DNA of 64,000 bases from Hemiscyllium ocellatum (Eukaryota): the NCBI RefSeq assembly GCF_020745735.1, contig NC_083423.1, positions 15,748,001-15,812,000 on the forward strand, read 5' to 3'. The notes beneath the pieces were generated by a model. The model saw only the letters and a list, made by a program, of their open reading frames with translations. It had not been told where the DNA came from and made no database searches. Below, piece by piece: positions 47,922-61,974 of this stretch (position 1 is its first letter; the number at the start of each line of letters is the position of its first letter). Both the position numbers and the translations under genes were made by a program.

Positions 47922-50569
47922 ACATATCTTACAAATTCCAGTAATTTGTAAGATACTTATCTGTCACATTTACAACTTTGAGTTTGACAAACATCAGATA
48001 TCTGTAAACAGACATATTATAGTTAACATTCTGAAAGAAAAGTGTGTCTTCACGTGACTTGTTTGAGGTCCTCAGTTAAAATAAAAATTAGAAACCAAGC
48101 CCAGTGTTGCACGGAATCTTCTGAAGCTGCTGGAAAAATGTAAAGAGCAATTCACTTTGTGTTTAAACTGCTGGCACAAGTTAACTCCTATCCACTTGCC
48201 CAATTGAAATTTGAAACCCTGTTTTGATAATTCACAGTACTGTAACAACCCGAAAAGGCCTGATTTATTGACACTGGTTTGGAGAAATTGCAGTATTTCC
48301 ATCAACAATACTCTTACAATATTTGAATCTTCCTTTGACACACAACTTGGAATGCAGATTGACAAAATAATGATAAAAATGAATCTTCTGTTCATGAGCA
48401 ATTAATGACACATACTCCAAAAAAAAATCAGACCCCTAGGGCACGATGTCACAACAGTATTAAGATACCTTTGAAAACGCATGCTTTAGTGACAGATCTC
48501 TGTGGCTAAACACACCAAAGCCTCTGCTGTCAAGGGCCATCAGCGTTTGGAGCTCTCAGCTCTGGGTGATATATCTGTCTTTCCTTTATCTCTGACTTGA
48601 ATTTTTTTTCGTGCTCTTGACATGACAAGATTTGTGTTAGAATGCAGGCTTCTTCAAAGCATGCGGCATTACATCAGCAATGGCTGGCTTTCTTGTCTTT
48701 GTGTCAAGCAAGCTCACAGCCCAAGTGTTTTAGTGGAATTGAAAATAATATGCTTGTCAGATGTGTCACTTTATTGGAACAAGCAACCCTGTTAGTAACG
48801 GATAGCGACAATTTTGTGTCTTTTGAGTATATTAGCAGAAATAAAATCAACGTGTGTGCACATGTTAGATATGTCACGTTTCTCACTCGAGGAAAGGAGC
48901 TGTGCGTCAACTTTACTGTTCAAAGCTTCATATTTATATAAGTTATTGTTCAGGTTTCAAACCTAAAGAGAAAAGGATGTTCTCCCTCATGAATGTATAT
49001 GCTGTAATATTCTCATAAATTGATTTTACTTGGTTACAATCATGAGGTTTATACGAATTATGTTTTGGGATGATGTCTTTAAATTGAAGGCAAAAGGAAA
49101 AGGATTATGTGATCTGCTTTGAAATCTGCTTGACACTAGTCCTTGGATTGTTAAATTTCAAAGAGAGGCCCAGCTAATGATTCTGGAGTGATGGGGTAAG
49201 GTGTTTGCTATTGAGTCCTTGGCAATAGCCCATAACTTCCCAGTGGATGTGTGCTGAGTTTTTCAAAAGTCCTAGCAAAGTATTAGAACAAACGTATTCG
49301 AAGTATCAAGTTGTACTGCAAACTGACCACTCCTTTCCAAGATTAAAGTGAGTTGACAACGAGGATAACTAATCAGCATTTCTTACTGGATGCAAGGTGA
49401 ATGATAAACATGCAAAAGGTGGCATTTCTTTTCAGATCAGGCTATAGGTTTCCCAATGATTCACTGAATATCCCAGACTAGCAGTAGCTACAGTGTGTTT
49501 GGCTGTCATCTTGACTTTACAAGCTACCACAGCTGTTTGTGGAGAGGGGATGGTCTCCATTTGGAGAGGTGCATCCCACAGTCATCTAGGGATTCCAGGA
49601 TATGTATCCTGATGTGACCAAAGGGATAGAATCGTCTGGACAAGAGGGAATGTATATTTCTGCAGTTGGAAGTATAAGTTGACTGCAAAAAGAAAATAAG
49701 GTTTTGTCAACAGTGATTTGTTTGTCATTGTTTACAGTAAAATTTATAAACTCTAATCTTTTTACGTTCTTTGAGCTATTAATTGGAAAGTCAGCTATTT
49801 TAAATTGTTGATCTCCATGGAGATCATAAGAAAATAAAATACTACATTTGCTTGATATCTTTAAATATAATTTGTTTTTTTTTCAAAATACAGTCTTGTT
49901 ATTAATTGGAAACACCTGGCACCCACCATTCTCCACTTAAAGATAATTGCTGAAAAAGTGAATTTGCTGCATCATGGATTTGCGCAAGCACCAAATGTGT
50001 TTGTGGTAATTTTTTCATGTTCATTTGCAATCCTGATTTAGTGCAGGGAGAACAACTGACTGAGTTCTCATCAACAAATTGAATTTGAAGTTATGAGTAA
50101 AGCACCAAAGGAATCATGTGGTTAACTGTGTTAGATGGATCAACGGGCTTGCCCTACCTGGAAGTTTTCCTGGGTAGATAGCATCATCTAAGGAAATATG
50201 TCAATGACTGTTTCACATTTTCAGCTGGTGGAAATATTTATCTGCAGTATGTTATGTATCTATTAAAGAGAAGGTTTAAATAATATTGTCAAATATGTGA
50301 TGATAAAGTACATTTGGTGAAATTAAAGGATACCTGCGGAGGAGATGGTTTATAAGAGTATGAGAAGTTTTGCAAGTAGTAAGTTGGAAACGCAAAACAC
50401 TTCCCAGTTTGACCAAAGAATCTCTCTTACATACGTTTCCAATGGCAGTCACAATTTTCCAAAAGCAGCAGAGACATAAGTACTAGTTTATGTAGTTTTT
50501 TATGTTTTGGCTAAAGCACAGCAGAAATACTCCCAGCCTTTGTTCAAAAAGCGCTTTTAGATCTGTAAA

Positions 50570-50880
50570 TGTTCATGGGATGACATGTTCCTGGATAACT
50601 GGCCCATCCCAGAGGGCAGTTAAGAATCAATGACATTGCTGTGGATCTGGAGTCACATGAAGGCCAGACCAGGTAAGGACAGCAGTTTCCTTCCCTAAAG
50701 GGCACTAGTGGACCAGATGGGTTTTTACAACAATCGACAATGGAATCTTGGTCATCATAGGCTCTTAATTCCAGATTTTTTAATTGAATTCAGATTCCAT
50801 CACCTGCTGTGGCAGAATTCGAACCCAGGTCTCTTGAGCATTACTTGGGTCTCTGGGTTAAGAATCCAGCGATAATACCA
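50570..50880 (-). mobile_element. tRNA-derived SINE, probably DeuSINE/SacSINE1-like
   Basis: B box GGTTCGAATTC; core ...CATGTGACTCCAGATCCACAGCAATG...; tail similar to the LINE at 693-2586. The family name is from recall. Confidence 0.75.
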
Positions 50881-50929
50881 CAATGTGAAGTAAAACCGGA
50901 CCTCAGTTTTGTAGATAGGATAATATATT

Positions 50930-51056
50930 AGTGCAGCATTCCTTGAAATACATCATGAAGTATCAGTGCAGATTATATGCTTCAAGTTCAGGAATGGGGA
51001 TTGAACCTACAAATATCTGACTGAAAGGAGTGAGGATGCTGCCAACTGAACCCATT
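50930..51056 (-). mobile_element. Old tRNA-derived SINE head
   Basis: Minus strand GGGTTCAGTTGG (A box) ... GGTTCAATCCCC (B box). Confidence 0.55.
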
Positions 51057-52629
51057 CAGTTTTATCATGCTAATGGCTCCACAATCATTGAGAGAGCTTG
51101 ACTGGACAACTGGGACTTAATGGCAATAATTATGTGTTATTCTCAGTAACTTCTGTTAGCTAACTCTGACTGATGGAACACAGTTGGGTTGGGAATGCTG
51201 CTGTTCACTGACCTAATAGCAAACTCTAAGTGTTTTCCAATTCTGTTCAAGGGGCATTCCCTGCCTTCTGAAAAGGATTTACCCTCTTGTGCTCTAAATG
51301 TTTTGAATGACCTTTGGTAAATGTAAGATGAAGAATCATGAAGGAAAATTAACACCCTGAGCAATTAGTTCATTCCACAGTTCATAGTCCACAGCAGTTA
51401 ATTTTCCAGCATTCTTCAGTTAATTAGCTATATCTTCACCTGACAAATCAAGCTGGCTTTTTAGTTGGTCACATTCAAGTTATATTAAACACTGTTGACA
51501 AGTAAATGTTGAAGGGAATAGTAGTCTTGCTGCTTCTCTATGTGCATGTTTGCTCTGAGTGTATTCTTGTGTTACAACTCAGAAAATAACTAAAAGCTGA
51601 TGAAAAGTTGAATACATGGCATATTAAAAAATATAGACTTCCATAACCTGGAGATATTTACATTTTTTTAAATAAGTAAAGTAAAAGTTTTTGACAGAAG
51701 TGCATGAGGATTTTGAAAGGGGGTAGCAGTCAAATTTGAAACGTTGCCTTTCTTCAGAAATGCCTGAGGACCTGACAGTTTGATAACAAATGCCATGTTG
51801 AAGAATTCAACAAAGAATCATGACAGCACTAATCCTCGCTCACTTGATCAACGTAATTTCTTCTTGCTGCTTATCGAGGAAGGCTGAGCAAAAATAATTG
51901 TTCTGTGATAAGCATTTCATGAAATAAATTCCAGCTAAGTAGAGAATAGGAAGCTTTTGGGTCATATGAATAATGAAGAGCTAACATTTGTGTTGCTCTA
52001 ATTGTGACCCAGTGAAATAAACCTTTAAGGCCACCAGTATGTCGAAGCTACCTCCCCCTGTTCAATGTCAAAAATGCTTAAATTAATCCAACATCCTCTT
52101 ACATTAGAAGTCGCATGCCAATAAAAACTAGCTGAAGTCGGCCCCAAAGGCAATGATGATAGACATGTTTAGTTTTGTGCTGATAGACAGTTTTGCCTAA
52201 AACAAAAAGCCCCACATGGAGAAGTAGTGTGAAGATAGATGCTTCATTGTATATAATTTGCCCCAGCTGAGTTTTACTATTAAATGCAACAGGGACAAAT
52301 CCAAAATAATAGGCCATGTAGCCTCTTCACAAAAATTGAATGATAGAATGATACAGCAGTATTGAACATAAATGCAGGGAAATCACCCAAACAGCATGAC
52401 CATCATTGGAAACTTTGACGCTCAAAGTGCCTTGTGGCTCCTGGGCTCCATGGATGAATCTTTCACAACAACTAGCTACATATGTTTATAGATACATGTA
52501 ACAATAGGTCTGATTTTACTGAACAGAGATTATAGCTTTTGATTTCACTACTTTTCCCAGCAATAGTATTCCCCTTTAAATCATTTGAATGCCAATTGAT
52601 TGTAGTTGTTTTGTTTTATGTTTACTTTT

Positions 52630-52965
52630 TAGAATCCCAACAGTGTGGACATGGGCCATTTGGGCCAACAAGTCCACACTGACTCTCTGAAAAGCATCCC
52701 ACCCAGATTCACCCCCTGACCCTATATCTGTAACCCCTGCATTTCCCCTGACTAATCCACGTCGCCTGCACATCTCTGAACACTATGAGAAATCTAGCAT
52801 GGCCAATTCACCTATCCTGCATATCTTTAGACTGTGAGAGAAAGCCAGAGCACCGGAGGAAACTATTCAGACATGGGGAGAATGTGCAAACTCCACACAG
52901 ACAGTTGCCAAATTGATCCCAGGTCCCTGGCATTGTGAGGCAGCAGTGCGAGCCGCTGTGCTACT
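52630..52965 (-). mobile_element. HE1-like SINE (older)
   Basis: V core and tail, diverged. Confidence 0.85.
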
Positions 52966-53699
52966 CCCGTATTACTATGGAGTTAACAAAGTGACCTGCA
53001 TATGAAACGATGGATTACACAATTCCTCATACAGATAGCTGCTAGGTTGTGCTGGTTCTTTCTGCTACAACCTTTCAAGCATGTCTTCATTTAAATGAGA
53101 TTCTACTTCCCTCATTGTGCATTTGCTTTTTTGAATAATTACTTTGCAGTTACTGGTAAAGAACTACTACTCCTCAATTTCACTTTGTTGAAATGTTTGT
53201 TGTAATAGCAAAATACATTGAATTTATTTCTCAAAAATGTAGTGTGGTGAATGGCTTTGACAAAAACAAGAGAGTAAAAGCCAACGTGCATCCGAAAGTC
53301 AAGTGCTCTTGCTTCTGGTCTGTTGACTAGTTAGCTCTGAGTTTAAAATGTATTTGGAATAGGTGCTAAACTTCTGCACCGCACTGTTTGGTTAAATAGA
53401 ATGATCTACTCTCTCAGCCAGTTGCTATTTTGATTGCTTTGGAAGGTGAGATATGGGTTAGGTTTGAAAAGTAAGTCTTTTCATTGTAAATGGAACTTAT
53501 ATAACCTGGGCCATGTACTCAATATTCCCACTCTTAATGTAAAGAAATCTAGAAGCAGAAACTGCTACAAATAATTAATGCACAGAATACTGGAGTTGAA
53601 CTCTGTAGTTTGAAAAATTAAATGATGACTTATTGATGAATACTTTGTTCTGACAAGATTTTACCACACAATCGGTAAGACCACCTATTTACACCGCCA

Positions 53700-54310
53700 T
53701 AATATGGGTCTACCCTGCCATTCTCAGCTACTGAAAGCCTCATCCATGCCTTTGTTTCCTCTAGACAACTATTCTCCTGGCATTCCTGGCCACCTGACCA
53801 TATTCTACTCTGCTTGAGGCCATACAAAACTCTGCTGACCACTTACTGGGTTCCACTGAGATCGATTATCTATTACCCACTAAGAGTACATGGGCTTCCA
53901 GTGGTGTCAAGCCTAAATTTTAAAAGTCTCACCTTTTTTTTTCCAAGTTCTTTCATGGCCTTGGCCCTCTCTATCACTGACATCCCATTGAGCCCAACAG
54001 CTCTCCAAATATCTGTACTTCAGAAATTCTTGCTTCTTGAGCACCCCTAATTTTAAAGACTTCATTATTTATAGCCATACCTTCTAATAATTGGACCCAC
54101 AATATGAGAATTGTCCTTCTGACACTCTGTCTTTGTCTCTGTTTTGTCCTTTCAGATGCTTCTTGAAACAGACCTCTTTGACCAAGCTTTTACCAAGTTG
54201 AGGCTTGTCTGCTCTCATTTATATTTATATGGCTCAATGTCATATTTTTTCTGCACAGCACTCCTGTGATGTACCTTCAAAAACTGTTTTGTTTAAAGTG
54301 CTATATAACT
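53700..54310 (+). mobile_element. Ancient L2 3' fragment
   Basis: TESLIHAFVSSR (L2 L..AFV.SRLDY motif) and an L2-type tail. Confidence 0.65.
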
Positions 54311-55254
54311 ATAAGATTTTGCTCATTTTTTCATTATGGTCGTTTTCAACCTGAAGTAGAAACCGGAAGAATGGATTGTAGAATGCGATTTTTGCAGTCA
54401 CTAGAGTTTTAGTCATACAGATGCATAAAAACTGTGCAAGTGATGTCTTTATACCTCATTCATTGATGTGCCTTTATTTCTACCATTTTACTTCAAAAAT
54501 TATTATAACTCTTAACAATTCAATGCTTTAAAACTATAGTTTTTATTTTGGCTCAACCAGATTCTAACAATCAAATCACTTGAGAAGAAGCAATTGCTAT
54601 CAATTTCAATTTTTTTGTTTGAAAGCAAAAATAATTTAAATTGTGTCAGTACTACATTTGTAATTTTATTGGCTCCCTCCTTGAACGCTGCTATTTGTGG
54701 TGAGGAATTATGATGAGTACAAAGGAAAACCCATATAAAGATAAATGTTTGAGTTCACAGTGTCATTTAAAAAGAAACAATCAGTGCTTCACATTGCTCT
54801 GAACTTAAGTGATGCTTCTATTAGGCTGTTTGATTGCTTGTGAATAAGCTGTGCCGGAAAGCCTATTTCTGAGGAAGGTAGCCTGACGTGAGACTCCTAT
54901 TTGGGCCTGCAGCATCTCCAAGAGTTGTGGAGTGTGATTATTGTCAACCAAGCTCTTGGTCACATGCCCTAACAGCTCCTTACATGTTTCAGTGGCATGT
55001 TTTGTCTGACATTATCCTATGAAGCACTTTGGGGTGTTTTATTCTGTGAAGGTTCTTTGTATAAATTCAAGATGATATTTCACTGTGGTGAGATAAAGAA
55101 ATCCCCAGAAGGCTGAGCATGAGAACCTTTGAATTCTGGACCTCTGAGTTCCTGACCCAGAAGAGACATTTAATAACCGCTAAAAAAAATGTTTTTGCAA
55201 CCAGTTCTTTGCATACTTTAAACTATACCACTGATGAAGAATAAAAAGAGTAAT

Positions 55255-56105
55255 TGCTGCCAGAAATTGCAATGTAGAGGGACCTAGCTGTTCTTGTGCA
55301 TGAATCACTGAAGGTTGGTCAATAGGTGCAACAGGTAATTAAAGAGACAAATGGAATTTTGTCCTCCTTTGCTAAATGGATTGAGTTTAAAAGCAGGGAG
55401 GTTATGTTGCAGCATTATAGGATACTGGTGTACTGGAGTACTGCATGCAATTTTGGAGAAAGGATGTAGTGCCACTGAGACAGGATGCAGAAGAGGTTCT
55501 CTAGGTTGATTCCACAGTTAAGGAGTTTGGCTTATGAGGAGAGACCGACTAGCCTGTGATTATATTCATTGGAATTTAGAAGAATGAGGGGGAATCTTAT
55601 AGAAACATATAAATTCTCTTCATAATTTTATAAGAGGGTGTTTCCACTGGCATGTGAAATTAGGACAAGAGGGCATAGCCTCAAAATTGGGGGAGCGGAT
55701 TTAGGATTGAATTAAGAAGAAACTTCTTCACCCAGAGGGTTGAATCTATGGAATTCTCTCCCTGGTGAAGTAGTTGACATGACTTCAGTCAGTGTTTTTA
55801 CGGCTCAGATTGTTTTTGAACAAGAAAGGAATTAAGGATTATGGTGAGAGGGTGGGTAAGTGGAGCTGAGGCCATGAAAAGATGACCCATGATCTTAATG
55901 AATGGCGGAGCTGGCTCAAAGGGCCAGATGACCTACTCCTGCTCCCAGTTCTGATTTTCTTATGTACCCCCAAAAACAGACAAAGCTGATCCAAGTTTCT
56001 GATGATTCCTGATGAAGGGCTTATGTCCAAAATCTTGATTCTCCTGCTCTTCAAATGCTGCCTGACCTGCTCTGCTTTTCCAGTACCACACTCTCGACTC
56101 TGATC
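55255..56105 (+). mobile_element. CR1 3' fragment (to ~55965) followed by a Penelope end fragment (56005-56105)
   Basis: RRMRGNLIETYK, RRNFFTQR; then the CTGATGAAGGGCTTATG motif. Confidence 0.8.
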
Positions 56106-57549
56106 CCAATTTCTACCCCAGTGCCTGAGTGGCCCGATGAGAATTCAGGTTCAGCATATAAAATTAATTTGACTCCCTCAACTACACTGATATTCCACGA
56201 GATAGTGAGGGTGGGCTGTATTGTTGTCAGTATCCTAAGATGTTAAAGCCTGTTCAGTAACTCATAGAGAGCACAGCATTTGCAGCACTGATATAGGATG
56301 GACAGAAAACATTGGAACCACTGAAGATTAAGACAGCATCTGCAGAGACATTTGGAGACAAATTAACATTCTCAGCTATGGACTTTTTCTCAATGATATT
56401 TTTCAGTTTCAATGAGAATGACAAAACAAGGGGAATGGAACAAAAGTCACAAATATAACAAAACTCTGGTGTGTTGCCTTGATAGCAAACTGATTTGTTT
56501 TTTTCACTAGTCGCTTGATTATTGGCACTTTTTCTTCTTGCTCATTATTTCAGCAATTCTGAGTGAAAGAATTCTTCCAAACTTACCTCCTCCATTCTCA
56601 TTGTGACTATTTTAATTTACACAATGTCAGTGACTTGATTTGTTACCTCTCTCAGCACATGCTGACTTTTTCATATTCTGGTTTTTGGTCTTGCAAATAG
56701 AAAACAACTTCATGTTCATTTTGACTTAAGATAAACCCCATCAAAATGGTTTTGGAGAAAAGTTACGAACTGCGTTGTATGGCAAATGCTCGCCTACAAT
56801 ATTGCTTAAACTGCTTGACTTTCAGCTATTGCCTTGAGCTGTACAACAACCATGAATTATTATTCAAAGATATTTAAGCCGTTTTTGTAATTAGCAACCA
56901 TTTATGTTGTGCCAACTGTCTCTATCTTTCTTCAAGATCCTTTCTTGATCATAGGTTGCCACTGAAGCTTTGACTTTAAGAATTCAAGCATTTTGTGTAT
57001 TGCACTTAAACCAAGTGAATATGTTGCTTTTTTTTCTGTCTTATGAGGGACTGCTGCTTTTACTTGTTGTTTACTTTTCATTGTCAATCTTGCTGGTTTT
57101 GGATTTTGCAGATTTAATTTGATTGTGAACTTATTTCTTATTTCTGTCAGCAAACACAATGTTTGATCATTGAATGTTTATTGCTCAGAATGAGTCTACT
57201 TGTCCTCTTTGTTAGCTCTCTACAAGAACAATTCAACTAGACCCACTCCCCTTCCCCCATGGTCCAGCAAATGTTCTCTCCTTAGACAGTATTTGAAATT
57301 TTCAATGATCTAGAATATAGATGTTTGACACTTCACAAGATTATGCTTTATTTCTGTTGGATAAATGAAACTGTCTTTTGATTCGTGCATTCTTCCGTCT
57401 CTATTTCTATCTCAGGATACGTAAACGCAAAAACATCAGGCTACAATCATTATCCTATCTTCTGTCCTTTGCGTAAATTTGGGATTTTCGAACCATTTCA
57501 TCTCTCTGATTTTTACAATAGTCTTACTTGAATTAGACCCAGTGAAAAA

Positions 57550-57869
57550 GGCGGCATGGTGGCACAGTGGTTAGCACTGCTGCCTCACAGCACCTGAGAC
57601 CCGGGTTCAATTCCCGACTCAGGCGACTGACTGTGTGGAGTTTGCACATTCTCCCCGTGTCTGCGTGGGTTTCCTCCGGGTGCTCCGGTTTCCTCCCACA
57701 GTCCAAAGATGTGCGGGTCAGGTGAATTGGCCACGCTAAATTGCCCATAGTGTTAGGTAAGGGGTAAATGTAGGGGTATGGGTGGGTTGCGCTTCGGCGG
57801 GTCAGTGTGGACTTGTTGGGCCGAAGGGCCTGATCCACACTGGAAGTAATCTAATCTAATGTAATCTAA
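57550..57869 (+). mobile_element. HE1-like SINE, least diverged copy
   Basis: Intact A box TGGCACAGTGG, B box GGTTCAATTCC, V core and (TAATC)n tail. Confidence 0.93.
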
Positions 57870-59811
57870 GTTGCTCATGTCATTGGCTTCTAATGTTGCA
57901 GACTTGCACCACAATTAGAAACCAGAACTTTGTTGAATTTGCAACACCAGTGTACAAGAAGACCTTTTCCTTTCTTTAAAAAAAATACTTCTACCTTCAA
58001 ATTGAAGATCTGAATGGCACTGAGAGTACAGGTCATAGAATTTAGGGAAAAAAAGCAATTTTCTAGGAGTGATTTGACTCTGGCACTGCATTCAGGTCTT
58101 CATTCAGTGTTGAAACTTTGACGTGAACAATTGGTTGTAAATCTTTACCACAGAGTGCTGTTTAATCTGGATCTTTAAATATATTTAGGGTGAGATTGGC
58201 AGATTTTTAATCGGTTAGGGAATCAAGGGCTGGGGGATCAAACAGAAAGTAGAGTTGAGGATTATCAGATGAGCCATAATTTCATTGAACAGCTGAACAG
58301 ACCTAATTGTGCTGCTGTGTTATGGTCTAATTCTAGCTTTGTGTCCTGTCAACCACAAGTGTCTGAACCCAGTGTATGTCAGCAAAATGCAAATGAGCAA
58401 AAACTGAAAAGGATAAACAAAAGGGAAAAAAACCAAATAAAATTCTTGAGTTTTTCACTGCAAGATGGTCCCAAACAAATACAAATAATTATCGTGTAAT
58501 CCTCCAGAAGCATCCTGTTTAGAGCTTTGCAGAGTTACTTTGTCAAATCTCATGGGTTTTCTTTATAATGAGACCAAAACCCTAAATTTCAAATTGTAAA
58601 TTAACAAAATAGAAAATATATACAATTTCCTTCTTGTGTGAACTGATCCAGTAAACTCTCCAGATGGTTTACTTGCTTCATGGCATGATTGGTGCATGCT
58701 CCGAAATATTCTGCACCCTCAATTTATGTGTCATAATTATGGTAGAGGAAGTGAGTGGTGTCAGAGGTGGGTTGGATGTAAACTAAGTGCATACATAATT
58801 AGCACTGTGTGGTCCTTTAGAAGTCATGCCTGAAGTGATCTGCAGTAGTGGATGGTGAAACTACTGAACAGCTGCATTTTAATTGAGACATTATAACTGA
58901 AGCCAGAACAAAATGAATTAGTTGCAGTAGTAGATTAGATGATTGGGACTTGGCTGAGAAATTAAAATACATAACATGACAAAACCATCACAGCTGAATG
59001 TAATTTGCACTTTGCCCTTTTACCCCTTTAAAGACAGATGAATTAGTGCAGTATAGTAATGAGCTGGTTTAGTGAAAGCCCAGTGTGGAGTATTGACAAA
59101 CTTGCATTGATTCCTGAATTGCAATGAGTTTTAGCCCCAAACGTCTGTTCTTTTTCTTGATCAGGTCTTCTTCCCTTCGAAACTGAATGTGATCCCTTTA
59201 CACACAAATTGTTTTCATGGAAGTCCCATGTAGGTTGGTTGATCAACTACATTACATGGAAGCCTGAACCTTTCATCTACACTGTACACAACCCAACCAC
59301 TCCCCAACTTGCTGAATTTCAGACTTTTTTTATCGTGGAGTAGGATCTGACGAATCCTGTGGCATCTATAGTCAAACGTTTTATTTTTCAAATACTTACC
59401 TAACCTTTTTTTTGAGAATTTGTTTTGCCTCTGTCTCAGCAGTCACTTGTGGTCCTTGTTGTATCAGTGCTCAATGAAATTACTTTTCACTACTTCCGCC
59501 ATTCTTCTACGGGCCATTGGATGTTTTAAAATACATAATGTTACAGAACCATCATAGTCAAATGTAGTTTGCAATTATTGCTTGATACCCAGTGAAAACT
59601 ATCCTTCCTCATTTACCCTCTAAAATTTACTCCAGTTATTAAAATCTCTTGGATCCCTCTGCACTCCAGTAGGTACATTAAAATTTTACAAATGTTCTTT
59701 GCAACAATAAACTCGTCCTGCGAGAATGAATTTTCAATGAATCCTTTCTAGTCAATAAAACTTCTTTTAAGTAATTGATTGTTCACAACAGGTAAACGGT
59801 GAAAACATAGT

Positions 59812-59940
59812 TAAAAATCATACAACACCAGGTTATAATCCAACAGAGTTATTTGGAGGTATTTGGGTTGGACTATAACGTGATGTTGTGTGATTGGTAA
59901 CTTTATCAACCCCAGTCCAACATCGATACCTTCACATCAT
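59812..59940. repeat. Short foldback element, probably another Penelope family end
   Basis: AATCATACAACACCAGGTTATAATCCAAC ... GTTGGACTATAACGTGATGTTGTGTGATT inverted arms. Confidence 0.6.
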
Positions 59941-61349
59941 GGAGAAAACATAGAAAAGCAATTCCCTCCATGCACATAGCTGCTGATGTTCCCCTGTAAC
60001 TTTTGGATGTTCACATTTTTTATTTTCGAGGTTGGGCAGTTATCGCCCTAATGTAGTTGACATTAACATATTTATTTCATGCAGTCCGTCAGTGAAGAAC
60101 CGGGTAGAAAAACAGATTGAAAGTTTTGTATTTAGTCATGCCCAATTGGTATGTGTAAATACCAGTTGTTTGTTTGCTCTCTCCAGTATAATTTGATAGC
60201 AGACAAGGTCTTGACTGGATGTTCCACTTGAACACTGATGACTGGGTTGGATTTGATCCTTTCAATAATTATCAGGAAAAAAATAGTTTGGTCAGTTTTT
60301 TGAGGGCACAAGTCTTTCAGACTAAATTGGACGCATTTAGCTAATTTAATGATCTCACCAAATAAAATGTATGGCTCTCTGATTTGAGTCTTCACTAGAG
60401 CCGATCTTTTTCTGAACTTCAGTATTCTGTATATTTTGTTGAAAAAAACTGTTATCTCCCTAACACTGTCACCAATTGGACAGATAATGAGTATATGTTA
60501 TGCATATTAGTCCACAGATAGCTGTTCAGTGATGTTTCAGTACCTGACTGATGCAAGTTATGTGGTGTAAAAATAAGATTGAATACGAAAATAACTTAAT
60601 TGGGACAACACGGCGACATTGCACATCAGTGAGGCAGTTGTCAAAGCTGCCAATTACAAAAGTTTTTCATTCAAAGATTTTATCACGCTGAATCCAGTTC
60701 AAAACATTAAAATTAATATTTTATTGATGATGGTAGTTGGAAGGACTCTAGAGTTTAACTCAAAAGTTAGAGTGTTGACATTTAATTCTATCTTGTCAGG
60801 AATGCAGTGGCAATTGATAGAGCTGTTGGTGCTTCCAAGATGCACTCTGTCAGTAGTGTTAATGGGGAGCTGAGGAAGACATTCTTTCATCACTATGCCA
60901 CACAAGTCTACAGATATTGGAATTCACCAGATGTATTAATCAGATACTCTTACTCAGACGGTTTTTATCCTAGTAAAATGGCAAACTCGTCCTTTCAACC
61001 CATAACACACTGATTCTGTTGCTGGTAGTAACGAGAACACTTTTATTTCGCTTCCACTGGTTTACATTTCAGCCAAAATAAACTTGGTTTAATCACCAGT
61101 TTAAAGTAAAAATGACAAGTCTTCCCAAGTGTCAATCTTAGCAAATCTGGGAAGCTAGCTCATGAAATTATGGAAATGCACAGCTCAGCAAAATGCCATT
61201 CAGCCCATTGTATCTGTAAATTTAATCCCATTCTCCAGCTCTTTGTTTGTAACCCTGTTACTTGATGTGCAAAGGAAAATAGGTCCTTCCTATGAACTGC
61301 ATTCAAACCCCTCTTAATTTCACACATACAATTAAGTATCTCCTTCTTC

Positions 61350-61570
61350 CCCAACTTCATCTACCCGCATTCCCAGCTATCTTCTCCCAGCCTAACCCCT
61401 CCCATTTATTTCTCAGCACCCCCCCCCAGCCCACAAGTCTCATTCCTGATGAAGGGCTTATGCTCGAAACATAAATTGTCCTGCTTCTCGGATGCTGCCT
61501 GACCTGCTGTGCTTTTCCAGCACCACACACTTGACTCTGATCTCCAGCATCTGCAGCCCTTACATTTTCC
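61350..61570 (+). mobile_element. Penelope 3' fragment
   Basis: Homologous to 39866-40030 (opposite strand); CTGATGA...GAAA core at 61446-61469. Confidence 0.8.
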
Positions 61571-61974
61571 AGCATTGTCAGAAAGTACTTTGTTACCTTT
61601 GCTATTTCTTGCTTGAATGTAGGACTCTACACTAACTCTAAACATGGTTTAACTGCGATTATCTGCAGTCTTCGCATAGCCTGTGCCTTGGCCATGAAAG
61701 GAAAATGTCCAGAGTGCCATCTTAACCAATTTATCTGTGTGTTTTGCTGCCTTCAGGGATCTGTAAACATGTAATCCCGGACCCACTTTTAAATATATTG
61801 CCATTTATTTTGTACAACCTTGTCTTGTTTGCCTTCCAAAATGATTAGCTTATACCTCACCAGATTATCGACTGTCAGTTTTCTCCCACCTCTAGCAGTT
61901 CATGCATTCCAGCAGACTAAAATATTTTTCATCAAAAAGTGACAAACATCATAAGATCTACTGCTTCTTATCAT

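Noticed and set aside
57550-57625. tRNA gene
   Set aside because: It is the tRNA-derived head of a multi-copy SINE and continues into the V core and LINE-type tail.
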